From Squalus acanthias (lineage: Eukaryota), in contig CM059425.1 of NCBI GenBank assembly GCA_030390025.1, positions 178,252,001-178,316,000 of the forward strand: a DNA stretch of 64,000 nt. Reading direction: 5' to 3'. Both the position numbers and the translations under genes were made by a program. Every line of letters begins with the position of its first letter. Position 1 is the stretch's first letter. The notes beneath the pieces were generated by a model. It was not told the DNA's origin and made no database searches. It was given only the letters and a program-made list of their open reading frames with translations. Shown in pieces: positions 12,405 to 24,239 of this stretch.

Positions 12405-12760
12405 GTATCATTCAGTCCCTTGAGCCTGCTCCACCATTCCCTTAGAGCATAGATGATCTGTGCCTCAACTCCATTTATCCGCTTTTGATGCATACATCTT
12501 GATACCCTTACCTAATAAAAATATATTGATCTCGGTCTTGAAAATTTCAATTAACCCAGCATCCACAGACTTTTTGTGGAAAAAGTACGTCTTGATTTCA
12601 CTCCTGAATAGCCTACCTTTTATCTTAAGGTTGTACCCCCTTGTTCTGGATTCCCCAACCAGAGGAAATCGTTTCTTTGTCTACCCTAACAAATCACTTT
12701 ATCAGTTCAAACACTTCAATTAGATCACCCCTCAACCTTCTAAACTCAAGGGAATACAAG
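12405..12760 (-). mobile_element. Decayed CR1 3' fragment
   Basis: Resembles the reverse complement of other CR1 3' ends in the window. Confidence 0.65.
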
Positions 12761-13164
12761 CTAATTACTCATTGTTACCCTGCATCCTAAGTATAGCGGA
12801 GAAATGCTTGTTATGTTCATATATGAAGTCTACAAATACAGTCAACTGATGCTCAGTTTGAATGTGTTTTCTATTGTCAATTCTCTAACGCTTGCTCATA
12901 GCCATCCAGATCCAAAACTTTTAATACCTAACACACCAGTGAGCATGTAACATTGCTGATGGATCTAATAGCCTGGACCAATTGGATCTTGACAAAAATG
13001 CAGAGCAGCTATGTTTGATTATTCACTTCAGAAAAATAAAGAAATAAAGTCAGAAGTTCACTGAAGAAATATAACCAGTTGGGAGCACAGGCAGTTTGAG
13101 ATAAATTCCCAGCTTCATATTTATTTAAGTGAGTGATAAAGAAAAACAAACTGTAAGTAGAGCA

Positions 13165-13848
13165 TAAACAAAATACTGTAGATGCTGGAAATCTGAACCA
13201 AAAACAGAAAATGCCAGGAGTACGCAGCAGGTCAGGCAGTATCTGTGGAGAGAGGGAAACAGAGTTAATGTTTTGGGTTGACAAAAGTCAGAGATATAAT
13301 AGTTTTTAAGCAAGTAGAGGGGCAGGGCAAGGGGGGGGGGGGGAGAAGAGGAACGAACAAAAGGGAAGTTCTGATAGGGTGGAGGGCAGGAGTGATTAAA
13401 AGACAAAAGGGCTGATGGTACAAGGCAAAAGGGGGGGGGGGGTGGTAATGGGACCAGTAAAGAAACAATAGATGGGTCTAGAAGAGCTGTAAATGAAAAT
13501 AGCAGAACCATTGCCAGCAAAAAAAAATGGGATTAGTGGTTGTGATCTGAAATTGTTGAACTTGATGTGAGGCCAGAAGGCTCAGATCGTAACCACTACT
13601 CTAATTTTTTTCAGACAGCAGGTGCTGTTTAGACCCATCTTTTGTTTCTTTACTTGTCCCATTACCACCCCCTTTTGCCTCACACCATTCTCCATTTTGT
13701 CATTTAATCTCTCCTACCTTCCACCCTATCATAGACCTTCCATTTTGTTCTTTCCTCCCCTCCCTGCCTCTGTACTTGATTAAAAACTGTTGCATTGCTT
13801 ACCTTTTGCCAGTTCTGATGACCTGAAACGTTAACTCTGTTTCTTCCA
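13165..13848. mobile_element. Penelope pLTR pair in inverted orientation
   Basis: ~13165-13580 is a minus-strand pLTR and ~13580-13848 a plus-strand copy. The latter ends in a stem-II-deleted hammerhead AGTTCTGATGACCTGAAACGTTAACT (13811-13836). Confidence 0.8.
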
Positions 13849-14576
13849 GTGCTGCCAACTCTCGCAAATCCATTACGAGAGATGCGATTGCAGAGTGAAA
13901 TAAAGCATCACTTGCGATCACGCGATGGAACACCTAAATCTCGGGATATGCGCAGGCGTGAAAAAAATACGACGATTGGTATTATTAGTGAAATCACAAG
14001 CAAATTCTTCTGCATTTGCAATTTTGCTGAAATGTCCACCAGAGGCAATCTTTATGATGCCATTTACAATGTCATTGCACATACCGACCAGAGCAATACA
14101 TCTTCTGTTGGCTACCATATTTGCCTTAAACATCCAATACCAGCCTACTCACCTATCAGTGGTCATTAACAGCGGTCTCCTAGAAGCCCTTTCAAAGCTG
14201 ACAAACTTCTACCTTCTAGTAAACCAGCATTGGCTGATGACTTCATCCAGCCATTCCCAGCTAAATGTGGCATTAAAACTGGCTGGTGCTAGGTTTCTGC
14301 AGATTTTAGCTATCACTGCTCAGTAAGTCTATACAAAATGCTGAAACTTAGAGTGAAGTTTAACTAAAGAATGTGTGGAAGTTGCTAATAGCCGACTGAC
14401 TGCAAACTTCTACATAAGCAGTTGGATGCCATATGGATTTATATTTTGTTTTTGCTTGCAGCACAAACAACGTTCCAATAAATTAACAGCCATTTTAACA
14501 CCAAATTTCAATCTTTCCTGGTCTGTAGTGGTTTAATTACACTGGTACATTGAAGAGTGTTGAACAGTGGCTTACA

Positions 14577-15731
14577 GTACTTCTCCATGTTGAACACCAC
14601 TTGGAAGAAGCACTGAGAGTAGCAAGGACACAGAATGTACTCTGGGTGCGGGACTTCAATGTCCATCACCAAGAGTGGCTCGGTAGCACCACCACTGACC
14701 GAGCTGGCTGAGTCCTGAATGACATAGCTGCCAGTCTGGGCCTGCGAAAGGTGGTGAGAGAACCAACACGAGGGAAAAACCTACTTGACCTCGTCCTCAC
14801 CAATCTACCTGTCGCAGATGCATCTGTGCATGACAGCATTGGTAGCAGTGACCACCGGACAGTCATTGTGGAGACAAAGTCTCGTCTTCACACTGAGGAC
14901 ACCCTCCATCGTGTTGTGTGGCACTACCACCGCGCTAAATGGGATAGATTCAGAACAGATCTAACAGCTCAAAAATGGGCATCCATGAGGCGCTGTGGGC
15001 CATCAGCAGCAGAATTGTATTCCAGCACAATTTGTAAACTCATGGCCCGGCATATCCCTCACTCTACCAGTACCATCAAGCCAGGGGACCAACCCTGGTT
15101 CAATAAAGAGTGCAGAAAAGCATGCCAGGAGCAGCACCAGGCATACCTAAAAATGTGGTGCCAACTTGGGGAAGCTGCAACACATGCATGCTAAAAAGCG
15201 GAAGCAGCATGCTATAGACAGAGCTAAGCGATCCCACAATCGACGGATCAGATCAAAGCTCTGCAGTCCTGCCAAATCCAGTCATGAATGGTGGTGGACC
15301 ATTACACAACTAATGGGAGGAGGAGGCTCCATGAATATCCCCATCCTCAATGATGGTGAAGCACAGCACGTGAGTGCAAAAGACAAGGTTGAAGCATTTG
15401 CAACCACCTTCAGCCAGAAGTGCCGAGTGGATGATCCATATCGGCGTCCTCCTGAGGTCCCCACCATCACAGAAGCCAGTCTTCAGCCAATTCGATTCAC
15501 TCCACGTGATATCAAGAAACGGCTGAGCGCACTGGATACAGCAAAGGCTGTGGGCCCCAACAACGTCCCGGCTGTCGTGCTGAAGACTTGTGCTCCAGAA
15601 CTAGCCGCAGCTCTAGTCAAGCTGTTCCAGTACAGCTATAACACTGGCATCTATCCGACAATGTGGAAAACTGCCCAGGTATGTCCTGTCCACAAAAAGC
15701 AGGACAAATCCAATGCGGTCAATTACCGCCC
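14577..15731 (+). mobile_element. Second CR1-like LINE family, 5' part (endonuclease to start of RT)
   Basis: PTRGKNLLDLVLTN...GSSDH...KAVGPNNVP...NYRP. It resumes at ~18901 after a nested CR1. Confidence 0.88.
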
Positions 15732-18700
15732 AAGCGCGGCTAAAGAGTTGGTGCAGGAGGGAGGGCTTTAATTTCCTGGATCACTGGGTCTGTTTCTGGG
15801 GAAGGTGGGACCTGTACAAGTCGGATGGGTTGCACCTGAACCGGAACGAGACCAACATCCTTGCGGGGAGGTTTGCTAGTGCTGTTGGGGGAGGTTTAAA
15901 CTAACTTGGCAGGGGAATGGGATACGGAGTGGAGCTATAGTAGGGGGTGATGCACAGCCAAATATAGAGGAAAAAACAAGTCAGTCTGGAAGGCAGAGCA
16001 AATATGTAACGGCACAAGGGAGTATGGCAAGGCTGGATGGCATTTATTTTAATGCAAGGAGTGTTACGAGTAAGGCAGATGAATTGAAGGTGTTGATGAA
16101 CACATGGGAGTATGATATTGTTGCTATCACAGAGACATGGTTGAGGGAGGGGCAGGACTGGCAGCTCAATATTCCGGGGTATAGAATCTTCAGGCGAGAC
16201 AGAGGCGGGTGTCGCAATATAATCAAGGAGTCAATTACTGCAGTAAGGAGGGATGATATCTTAGCAAGTTCCTTTAATGAGGCCATATGGGTAGAACTTA
16301 AAAACAAAAAGGGGGCAAGCACTTTGCTGGGAGTGTACTATAGGCCCCCAAACCGTCAGGGGGAGATAGAGGAACAGATATGTAGGCAAATCTCAGAGAA
16401 GTGTAGAAATAATAGGGTAATAGTAGTAGGGGATTTCAACTTCCCCAATATTAACTGGGATAGTCAGAGTGTGAAAGGCTTAGAGGGTGCGGAATTCTTA
16501 AAGTGCATCCAGGAGAGCTTTTTGAGCCAGCATGTAGAAAGTCCTACAAGAGAGGTGGCGGTACTGGACCTAATTCTAAGGAATGTAGCCGGGCAAGTGG
16601 TAGAAGTGTCAGTAGGAGAGCATTTTGGTGACAGTGACCATAATTCGGTGAGATTTAAGGTAGCCATGGATAAGGACAAAGATGGACCGGAAATAAAGGT
16701 TCTAAATTGGGGGAAGGCCGATTTTAATGTGATAAGGCAGGATCTGGCCAAAGTGGACTGGGATCCGCTACTTGTAGGAAAATCCACATCAGAGCAGTGG
16801 GAGTCATTCAGAAAGGAAATAGAGAGAGTACAGCGCCAACATGTTCCTGTAAAGGTCAAGGGTAGGACCAACAAGTCCAGGGAACCCTGGATGTCAAGGG
16901 ATATACAAGAATGGATTAGGAAAAAAAGGGAGGCTTTTGGCAGATACAAAGGACTAAAAACAGTGGAAGCCCTAGAGGAGTATAGAAAGTGCAGGGGGTT
17001 ACTTAAAAAAGAAATTAGGAGAGCGAAGAGGGGGCATGAAAAAACACTGGCGGGCAAAATAAAGGAAAATCCCAAGGTGTTTTATAAGTATATTAAGAGC
17101 AAGAGGATAACCAGGGAAAGAGTAGGGCCCATTAGGGACCAAAGTGGCAATCTGTGTGTAGAGCCGGAAGATGTAGGTGAGGTATTAAATGAATATTTTG
17201 CATCTGTGTTCACTATGGAGAAGGATGATGTAGGCATAGAAATCAGGCAGGGGGATTGTGATATACTTGAACAAATTAGCATTGAGAGGGAGGAGGTACT
17301 AGTGGTTTTAGCGGGCTTAAAAGTAGATAAATCCCCAGGCCCAGATGAGATGTACCCCAGGCTGTTGTGTGAGGCAAGGGAGGAGATTGCAGGGGCTCTG
17401 ACAGAAATTTTCAGAACCTCTCTGGCCACAGGGGAGGTGCCAGAGGACTGGAGGACAGCTAAAGTAGTACCATTATTCAAGAAGGGTAGTAGGGATAAAC
17501 CAGGGAATTACAGGCCAGTGAGCCTAACATCAGTGGTAGGGAAATTATTGGAAAATATTCTGAGGGACAGAATTAGTCTCCACTTAGAGAGGCAAGGATT
17601 AATCAAGGATAGTCAGCATGGCTTTGTCAGGGGGAGATCAAGTCTAACCAATTTGATTGAATTTTTCGAGGGGGTGACGAGGTGTGTGGATGAGGGTAGT
17701 GCAGTTGATGTAGTCTACATGGACTTCAGTAAGGCTTTTGACAAAGTCCCGCATGGGAGACTGGTCAAGAAGGTAAGAGCCCATGGGATCCAGGGCAATT
17801 TGGCACATTGGATCCAAAATTGGCTTAGTGGCAGGAGGCAGAGGGTGATGGTCGAAGGTTGTTTTTGTGACTGGAAGCCTGTGTCCCGTGGTGTACCGCA
17901 GGGATCGGTGCTGGGTCCCTTGCTGTTTGTAGTGTACATTAATGATTTAGATATGAATGTAGGAGGTATGATCAGTAAGTTCGCAGATGACACGAAAATT
18001 GGTGGAGTGGTAAATAGCGAGGAGGGAAGCCTCAGGCTACAGGACGATATAGACGGGTTGGTCAGATGGGCAGAACAGTGGTAAATGGAATTTAACCTGA
18101 AACGTGTGAGGTGATGCATTTTGGGAGGACTAACAAGGCAAGGGAATACACAATGAATGGTAGGACCCTAGGAAGGACAGAGGATCAGAGGGACCTTGGT
18201 GTGCATGTACATAGATCCCTGAAGGCAGCAGGACAGGTAGATATGGTGGTTAAGAAGGCATATGGGATACTTGCCTTCATTAGCCGAGGCATAGAATATA
18301 AGAGCAGGGAGGTTATGATGGAACTGTACAAAACGCTAGTTAGGCCACAGCTGGAATACTGTGTGCAGTTCTGGTCGCCACACTATAGGAAGGATGTGAT
18401 TGCATTAGAGAGGGTGCAGAGGAGATTCACCAGGATGTTACCTGGGCTGGAGCGTTTCAGCTATGAAGAGAGACTGGACAGGCTGAGATTGTTTTCCTTA
18501 GAGCAGGGAAGCCTGAGGGGGGACCTGATTGAGGTGTACAAAATTATGAGGGGCATAGATAGGGTAGATAGAAAGGAACTTTTCCCCTTAGTAGAGGGGT
18601 CAATAACCAGGGGGCATAGTTTCAAGGTAAGGGGCAGGAGGTTTTGAGGGGATTTGAGGAAAAACTTTTTCACCCAGAGGGTGGTTGGAATCTGGAACTC

Positions 18701-18900
18701 ACTACCTGAAAGGGTGGCAGAGGCAGGAACCCTCACAACATTCAAGAAGCATTTAGAGGAACACTTGAAACGCCATAGCATACAAGGCTGCGGACCAAGT
18801 GCTGGAAAATGGGATTAAAATAGACAGGGCTTGATGGCCGGCGCAGACACGATGGGCCGAAGGGCCTCTTTCTGTGCTGTATAACTCTATGACTCTATGA
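15732..18900 (+). mobile_element. Nearly complete CR1 LINE: ORF1 esterase C-terminus plus APE-RT ORF2 with few lesions
   Basis: ORF1 piece ...YKSDGLHLN... ORF2 16024-18084 ([25 protein letters not shown]) continues at 18111-18647 after a stop and frameshift. (CTATGACT)n tail. Confidence 0.95.
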
Positions 18901-20230
18901 CAAAGTGATGGAAGGTGTCTTCGACAGTGCTATCAAGCAGCACTTACTCACCAATAACCTGCTCACTGACGCCCAGTTTGGGTTCCGCCAGGACCACTCA
19001 GCTCCAAACCTCATTACAGCCTTGGTCCAAACTTGGACAAAAGAGCTGAATTGCAGAGGTGAGGTGAGATTGACTGCCCTTGACATCAAGGCAGCATTTG
19101 ACAGAGTGTGGCATCAAGGAGTCCTAGTAAAACTGAAGTCAATGGGAATCGGGGGGAAAACTCGCCACTGGCTAGAGTTATACCTAGCACAAAGGAAGAT
19201 GGTTGTGGTGGTCAATCCTCACAGCCCCAGGACATCGCTGCAGGAATTCCTCAGGGCAGTGTCCTAGGCCCAACCATCTTCAGCTGCTTCATCAATGATC
19301 TTCCCTCCATTATAAGGTCAGAAGTGGGGATGTTCGCTGATGACTGCACAGTGTTCAGTGCCATTCACAATTCCTCAGATAATGAAGCAGTCCATGCCCG
19401 CATGCAGCAAGACCTGGACGACATTCAGGCTTGGGTTGATAAGTGACAGGTAACATTCGTGCTGAACAAGTGCCAGGCAATGACTATCTCCAACAAGCGA
19501 GCGTCTAACCACCGCCCTTTGACATTTAACGGCAATACCATCGCCGAATCCTCCACCATCAACATCCTGGGGGTCACCATTGACCAGAAACTTAACTGGA
19601 CCAGCCACATAAACACTGTGGCAACAAGAGCAGATCAGAGTCTGGGTATTCTGCGGTGAGTGTCTCACCTCCCGACTCCCCAAAAGCCTTTCCACTATTT
19701 ACAAGGCACAAGTGTGATGGAATACTCTCCACTTGCCTGGATGAGTGCAGCTCCAACAACACTCAAAAACCTGATACCATCCAGGACAAAGCAGCCCGCT
19801 TGATTGGCACCCCATCCACCACCTTAAACATTCACTCCCTCCACCACCGGCATACCGTGGCTGCAGTGTGTACCATCTACAAGATGCACTGCAGCAACTC
19901 ACCAAGGCTTCTTCAGCAGCACCTCCCAAACCCGCGACCTCTACCACCTAGAAGGACAAGGGCAGCAGGCGCATGGGAACACCACCACCTCCAAGTTCCC
20001 CTCCAAGTCACACGCCATCCTGACTTGGAAGTATATTGCCATTCCTTCATCGTCACTGGGTCAAAATCCTGGAACTCCCTCCCTAACAGCACTATGGTAG
20101 TACCCTCACCACGCGGACTGCAGCGATTCAAGAAGGTGGCTCACCACCAGCTTCTCAAAGGCAACTAGGGATGGGCAATAAATGCCGGCCTTGCCAGCGA
20201 CACCCACATCCCATGAACGAATAAAAAAAA
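18901..20230 (+). mobile_element. Second CR1-like LINE family, 3' part (RT and A-rich tail)
   Basis: [28 protein letters not shown]. Ends CCCACATCCCATGAACGAATAAAAAAAA. Confidence 0.9.
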
Positions 20231-20269
20231 GTTCTCTCAAAGAAGGGAATTAAAGTTGAAAGAAGTCGA

Positions 20270-20570
20270 TAACAGCAACAACAACAACAACTTTCAGTTA
20301 TATAGCGCCTTTAAAGTAGTAAAACATCCAAAGGTGCTTCACAAGAGCGATTATCAAACAAAATTTGACATCGAGCCACATAAGGAGGTATTGGGGCAGA
20401 TGACCAAAAGCTCAGTCAAAGAGGTAGGTTTTAAGGAGTGTCTTAAAGGAGAGGTTTAGAGAGGGAATTCCAGAGCTTAGGGCCTAAGCAGCTGAAAGCA
20501 TAGCCGTCAATGGTGGAGCAATTAAAATCGGGCAATCGATCTTGGAGGGTTGTAGGGCTGGAGGAGGTTA
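20270..20570 (-). mobile_element. L2 3' fragment with (AAC)n tail
   Basis: Similar to the start of the L2 at 5169. Confidence 0.8.
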
Positions 20571-20817
20571 TGTTCTGGAAAGAGTAATGGTCAAAAGCAG
20601 AGCGAGGCCGGCCTGCGAGTGACGCGATAGCGGAGCCACTGATCCACCTACTCCTGCTGCTATTTCTTACGTCCTTATGTTCTTACGTTCTTATGTCAGT
20701 AATCAGTGACAGCCGAATGTGCTTCCTGTTTGGGAGCAAAGGTCAGCGAGGGGTCGGGTCGGGAAAAAAATAGCAACTCAGGATTTCTATACCAAATTTC
20801 ATGATTTTTAAGATTTT

Positions 20818-21573
20818 GGCGGATAAATTGGGTATCGGCCATTTTGGGGCGCTAATATTGGCCGGGCGCAAAGTTTAGCGCCTGGCGCTAATTATCGCCT
20901 CTGACTGCAAAACGTTGGGGAGCGAGGTGTTACCTCAGAACGCTACCGAAGCTCAGGCGAAGTCAGTTACCATGGAAGCCATACACACTGGCGCCGTCCA
21001 GTTCTTAAAGGGGTGGGGCCATCTTGCTGGCCAGCTACACCCTGCTCATTGCAGCCTTGAATCTCGGCCTGGAGAGACCTCTGAAGCAATTGTGTTGGAA
21101 GCACTAACGGATAGGCCCAGGGAAAGAGCTCGGAGTTTAGGAACCTCCAAAGTAGTTCTTCGGACCCAAAACTCCTTTGGACAGCGTCGAATCTCTCCAG
21201 ACATCTCTCTCCCTCTCAACCTGCGTGTTCCAAAAATTTCACCGACAAGAAAAGGCAGGAAGTGCCTGCCTTTTAAAAGCGCTCCCCCAGCCCCTTCCCG
21301 ACTTGAAAACGTTCCCCTCTACCTGTTGTTCCTAGCAGCAGGCGGTAAAGCAGGGGGAGCGACTCAACATCCGGTCCGGGCACTACCGGGGTGTTGCATG
21401 CTCGACTGATGTCACGATCTGCGGGCGCAGGAGATCATGGCGGTAGTGTTTAGCGCCGCCGCAAAACGACTGATCAATTTGCGAGATGCGCTAAAATCGC
21501 CGTGCAAGTGGCGCTAAGTTCCTAGCGCCCTGTTAGCACCCCTGGAGGCGCTAACCAACCGAATTTTTCCCCC
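20818..21573. mobile_element. Harbinger-type MITE (same family as 33895 and 62769, opposite orientation)
   Basis: TIR GGCGGATAAATT / AATTTTTCCCCC, TSD TTT. Shares the internal CATTGCAGCCTTGAATCTCGGCCTGGAGAGAC. Confidence 0.85.
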
Positions 21574-21789
21574 TTTGCCACTTGATTTATGAGACGTTGG
21601 GGTTGGCATTACTGCTGAGTATTTCCAGCATTTCTGTTTTTATGAAAGTAAAGCATATTAGCCACCAGCCCAGAAGTGCAAGTGTACAGTAAATCAAAGC
21701 AACACCACTCTTAAAATCAGACCAAAAAAAGACTTGTCCACTCGTCCTTGTGTTAACTCTGCGCGGCTTCGCTTTTTGTGTAAATCTGA

Positions 21790-22218
21790 GCCTCCCCGGC
21801 TTCCGTCACCATCGCGGCGGCACAGCTGATCGGTCACGTGATTTCGGAACACGGAGCGGAAGCAAAATAGAAGCTCGCGACTGAGTGTGGAGCTCGGAGA
21901 GCGAGTGACGGAGCCCCAGAACTCGGAGAGCGAGTGACGGAGCCCCAGAACTCGGAGAGCGAGTGACGGAGCCCCGCGAGCCCCAGAACTCGGAGAGCGA
22001 GTGACGGAGCCCCGCGAGCCCCAGAACTCGGAGAGCGAGTGACGGAGCCCCGCGAGCCCCAGAACTCGGAGAGCGAGTGACGGAGCCCCGCGAGCCCCAG
22101 AACTCGGAGAGCGAGTGACGGAGCCCCAGAACTCGGAGAGCGAGTGACGGAGCCCCAGTTCCGGAAGGCGCCGGGCGCTGCAGAGTGACTGACAGTTGAC
22201 GCCAGACTCACCACCAGG
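21790..22218 (+). promoter_or_regulatory. CpG-rich promoter/5'UTR of COMMD10
   Basis: CpG-dense region upstream of ATG 22219, with E-box GTCACGTGA (21833-21841) and ETS-like CGGAA(G) motifs near 21800, 21845, 21858 and 22162. Confidence 0.75.
21893..22158. repeat. GC-rich minisatellite, 8 units of 29/38 bp
   Basis: Unit CTCGGAGAGCGAGTGACGGAGCCCC[GCGAGCCCC]AGAA. Unit lengths 29,29,38,38,38,38,29,27. Confidence 0.97.
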
Positions 22219-22247
22219 ATGGCCGCAATTGTCAAAGAAACCCAGAG
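22219..22247 (+). CDS. COMMD10: COMM domain-containing protein 10, exon 1
   Basis: AGGATGG start, MAAIVKETQ(S). Phase-2 donor GTAAAA matches the phase of exon 2. Confidence 0.85.
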
Positions 22248-22369
22248 GTAAAAGCAAATACAAGCGGGAGGTTAGAACACTTATGTTGTTTTACTTTTGT
22301 AAAAGCTCTGCACTTTGCATATTGAAACCTGCTCTGGAGATCAGAAGTGTTTCTCTCCCGTTTATTAAA

Positions 22370-22650
22370 CAACAGCAACTTGCATTTATATAACGTGGAT
22401 AAGGGTTTCAGCGGCAGATTGGCTGAGGCAGGGACAGAGGCAGGTGATGTTATGGCGATGCAAGTTGGTGGTCTCTGTGATGGAGAATATGAGGATGGAG
22501 TCGAATAGGATTCCAAGGTTGCAAACAGTCTGGTTCAGCCTGAAACAGGGGAGGGGGTTGGAAATTGGTAGCTTTACTGGCAGGGGCTGAAGAAGATAGC
22601 TTTATTCTTCCCACTATTTCGCTGAAGGAAATTGTGGCTTATAAAAGACT
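22370..22650 (-). mobile_element. L2 fragment, left flank of the Harbinger element
   Basis: L2-type tail CAACTTGCATTTATATA followed by decayed ORF2 sequence. Confidence 0.6.
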
Positions 22651-22830
22651 GGGGCCGTGAAATTCGGCACCTTAGCGCCGGCTGATAAAGCCGGTTTTTG
22701 GTTAAAAAAAAATGGCGGCTACCTCGTTTCCGCCCACTGCCATTTTGGGCAGGTCAGAAGTACGGCTGTCACCTGCGCTCACGAGGAAAATAGTAACGAC
22801 GCACAACCTGCCATTTTCAACGTCGCCGCT

Positions 22831-23833
22831 CCTTGGACCCCAGCTATTCACAATATATATTAATGGTCTAGACAAGGGAACTAGATGTAATATCTCCAAG
22901 TTTGCAGACGACACAAAACTGGGTGGGCGTGTGTGCTGCGAGGAGGATGCCAAGAAACTCCAGGATGATTTGGACAGGTTGGGTGATTGGGCAGAAGCGT
23001 GGCAGATGCAATATAACGTGGATAAATGCGAGGTTATCCACTTTGGTGTCAAAAACAGAAAGGCAGATTATTATCTGAATGGCAATAGATTGGGAGAAGG
23101 GGAAGTGCAACGAGACTTGGGTGTCCTTGTGCACCAGTCGCTGAAGGTAAGCATGCAGGTGCAGCAGGCGGTTAAGAAGGCAAATGGTATGTTGGCCTTC
23201 ATAGCGAGAGGGTTTGAGTACAGGAACAGGATGTCTTGCTGCAGTTGTACAGGGCCTTGGTGAGACCACACCTTGAGTACTGTGTGCAGTTTTGGTCGCC
23301 TTATCCGAGGAAGGATGTTCTTGCCGTGGAAGGAGTTCAGCGAAGATTCACAAGGCTGATACCTGGGATGGCAGGAATGACGTATGAAGAGAGATTGGGT
23401 CGATTGGGCTTATACTCGCTGGAGTTTAGAAGAATGAGAGGGGATCTCATTCAAACTTATAAAATTCTGACAGGACAGGACAAACTAGATGCAGGAAGGA
23501 TGTTCCCGATGGTCGGGGAGTCCAGAACCAGGGGTCACAGTCTAAGGATAAGGGGTAAGCCATTTAGGACAGAAATGAGGAGGAATTTCTTCACCCAGAG
23601 AGTGGTGAACCTGTGGAATTCTCTGCCACAGAAGGCAGTAGAGGCCAATTCATTAAATAGATTCAAGAAGGAGTTGATGTATTTCTTAAGGCTAAAGGGA
23701 TCAAGGGATATGGAGAGAAAGCACGGACAGGGTACTGAATTTGGATGATCAGCCATGATTGCATTGAATAGCGGAGCAGGCTAGAGGGGCCAAATGGCCT
23801 ACTCCTGCTCCTATCTTCTATGATTCTATGATT
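22831..23833 (+). mobile_element. 5'-truncated CR1 inside the Harbinger element
   Basis: [11 protein letters not shown]...FADD through the 3'UTR and (CTATGATT)n tail. Confidence 0.92.
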
Positions 23834-24239
23834 CAACGCCCTAACCAAATCATGAACAGCTGAACATGCGTTCAGAAGCAGGAAGGAGCCCCCACCAGTG
23901 CTATTTAAAGGGATCAGCAACAACTTGCAGCTGACTTGCTTTTTGATTTGTACTGGCTCTGTGTAAGTGTGTGCAACTGTTTGGAGCTTTCTACAGTTTA
24001 ACGTTGGTGAGGTGACAGGGAGTATTGCTGCAAGTGGAGAAGGCCTTGCTTCTCATTTAAAGGGTTCTGCTCACACCACTTTCCCAGTTAGGGGGCTCTA
24101 CTTGCGGCCCCCCTTGCGCTGGAGCATGACACGGAAATGGAGTAGAGACAGCAGAGAAGATAAGCTGCTTGCAGAGGGAGGAGGAGGAGGAGGAGGCTAG
24201 AGGGCTCTCAGCAGGAGTCCTTACCTACCTGGGGTCTTC

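Noticed and set aside
13847..14570. Possible decayed hAT-like element starting CAGTGCTGCCAAC, with overlapping ORFs
   Set aside because: No matching right TIR, TSD or clear protein motif was found, so it is too degenerate to call.
16044..18781. Long antisense ORFs over CR1 ORF2, and similar ones over other LINEs
   Set aside because: They are shadow frames of the LINE coding sequence with no independent evidence.
21893..22158. CRISPR-like array
   Set aside because: There are no unique spacers, the units are head-to-tail, and the context is eukaryotic.
21694..22263. Repetitive 189-aa and 133-aa minus-strand ORFs
   Set aside because: They are translations of the minisatellite with no recognisable domain.
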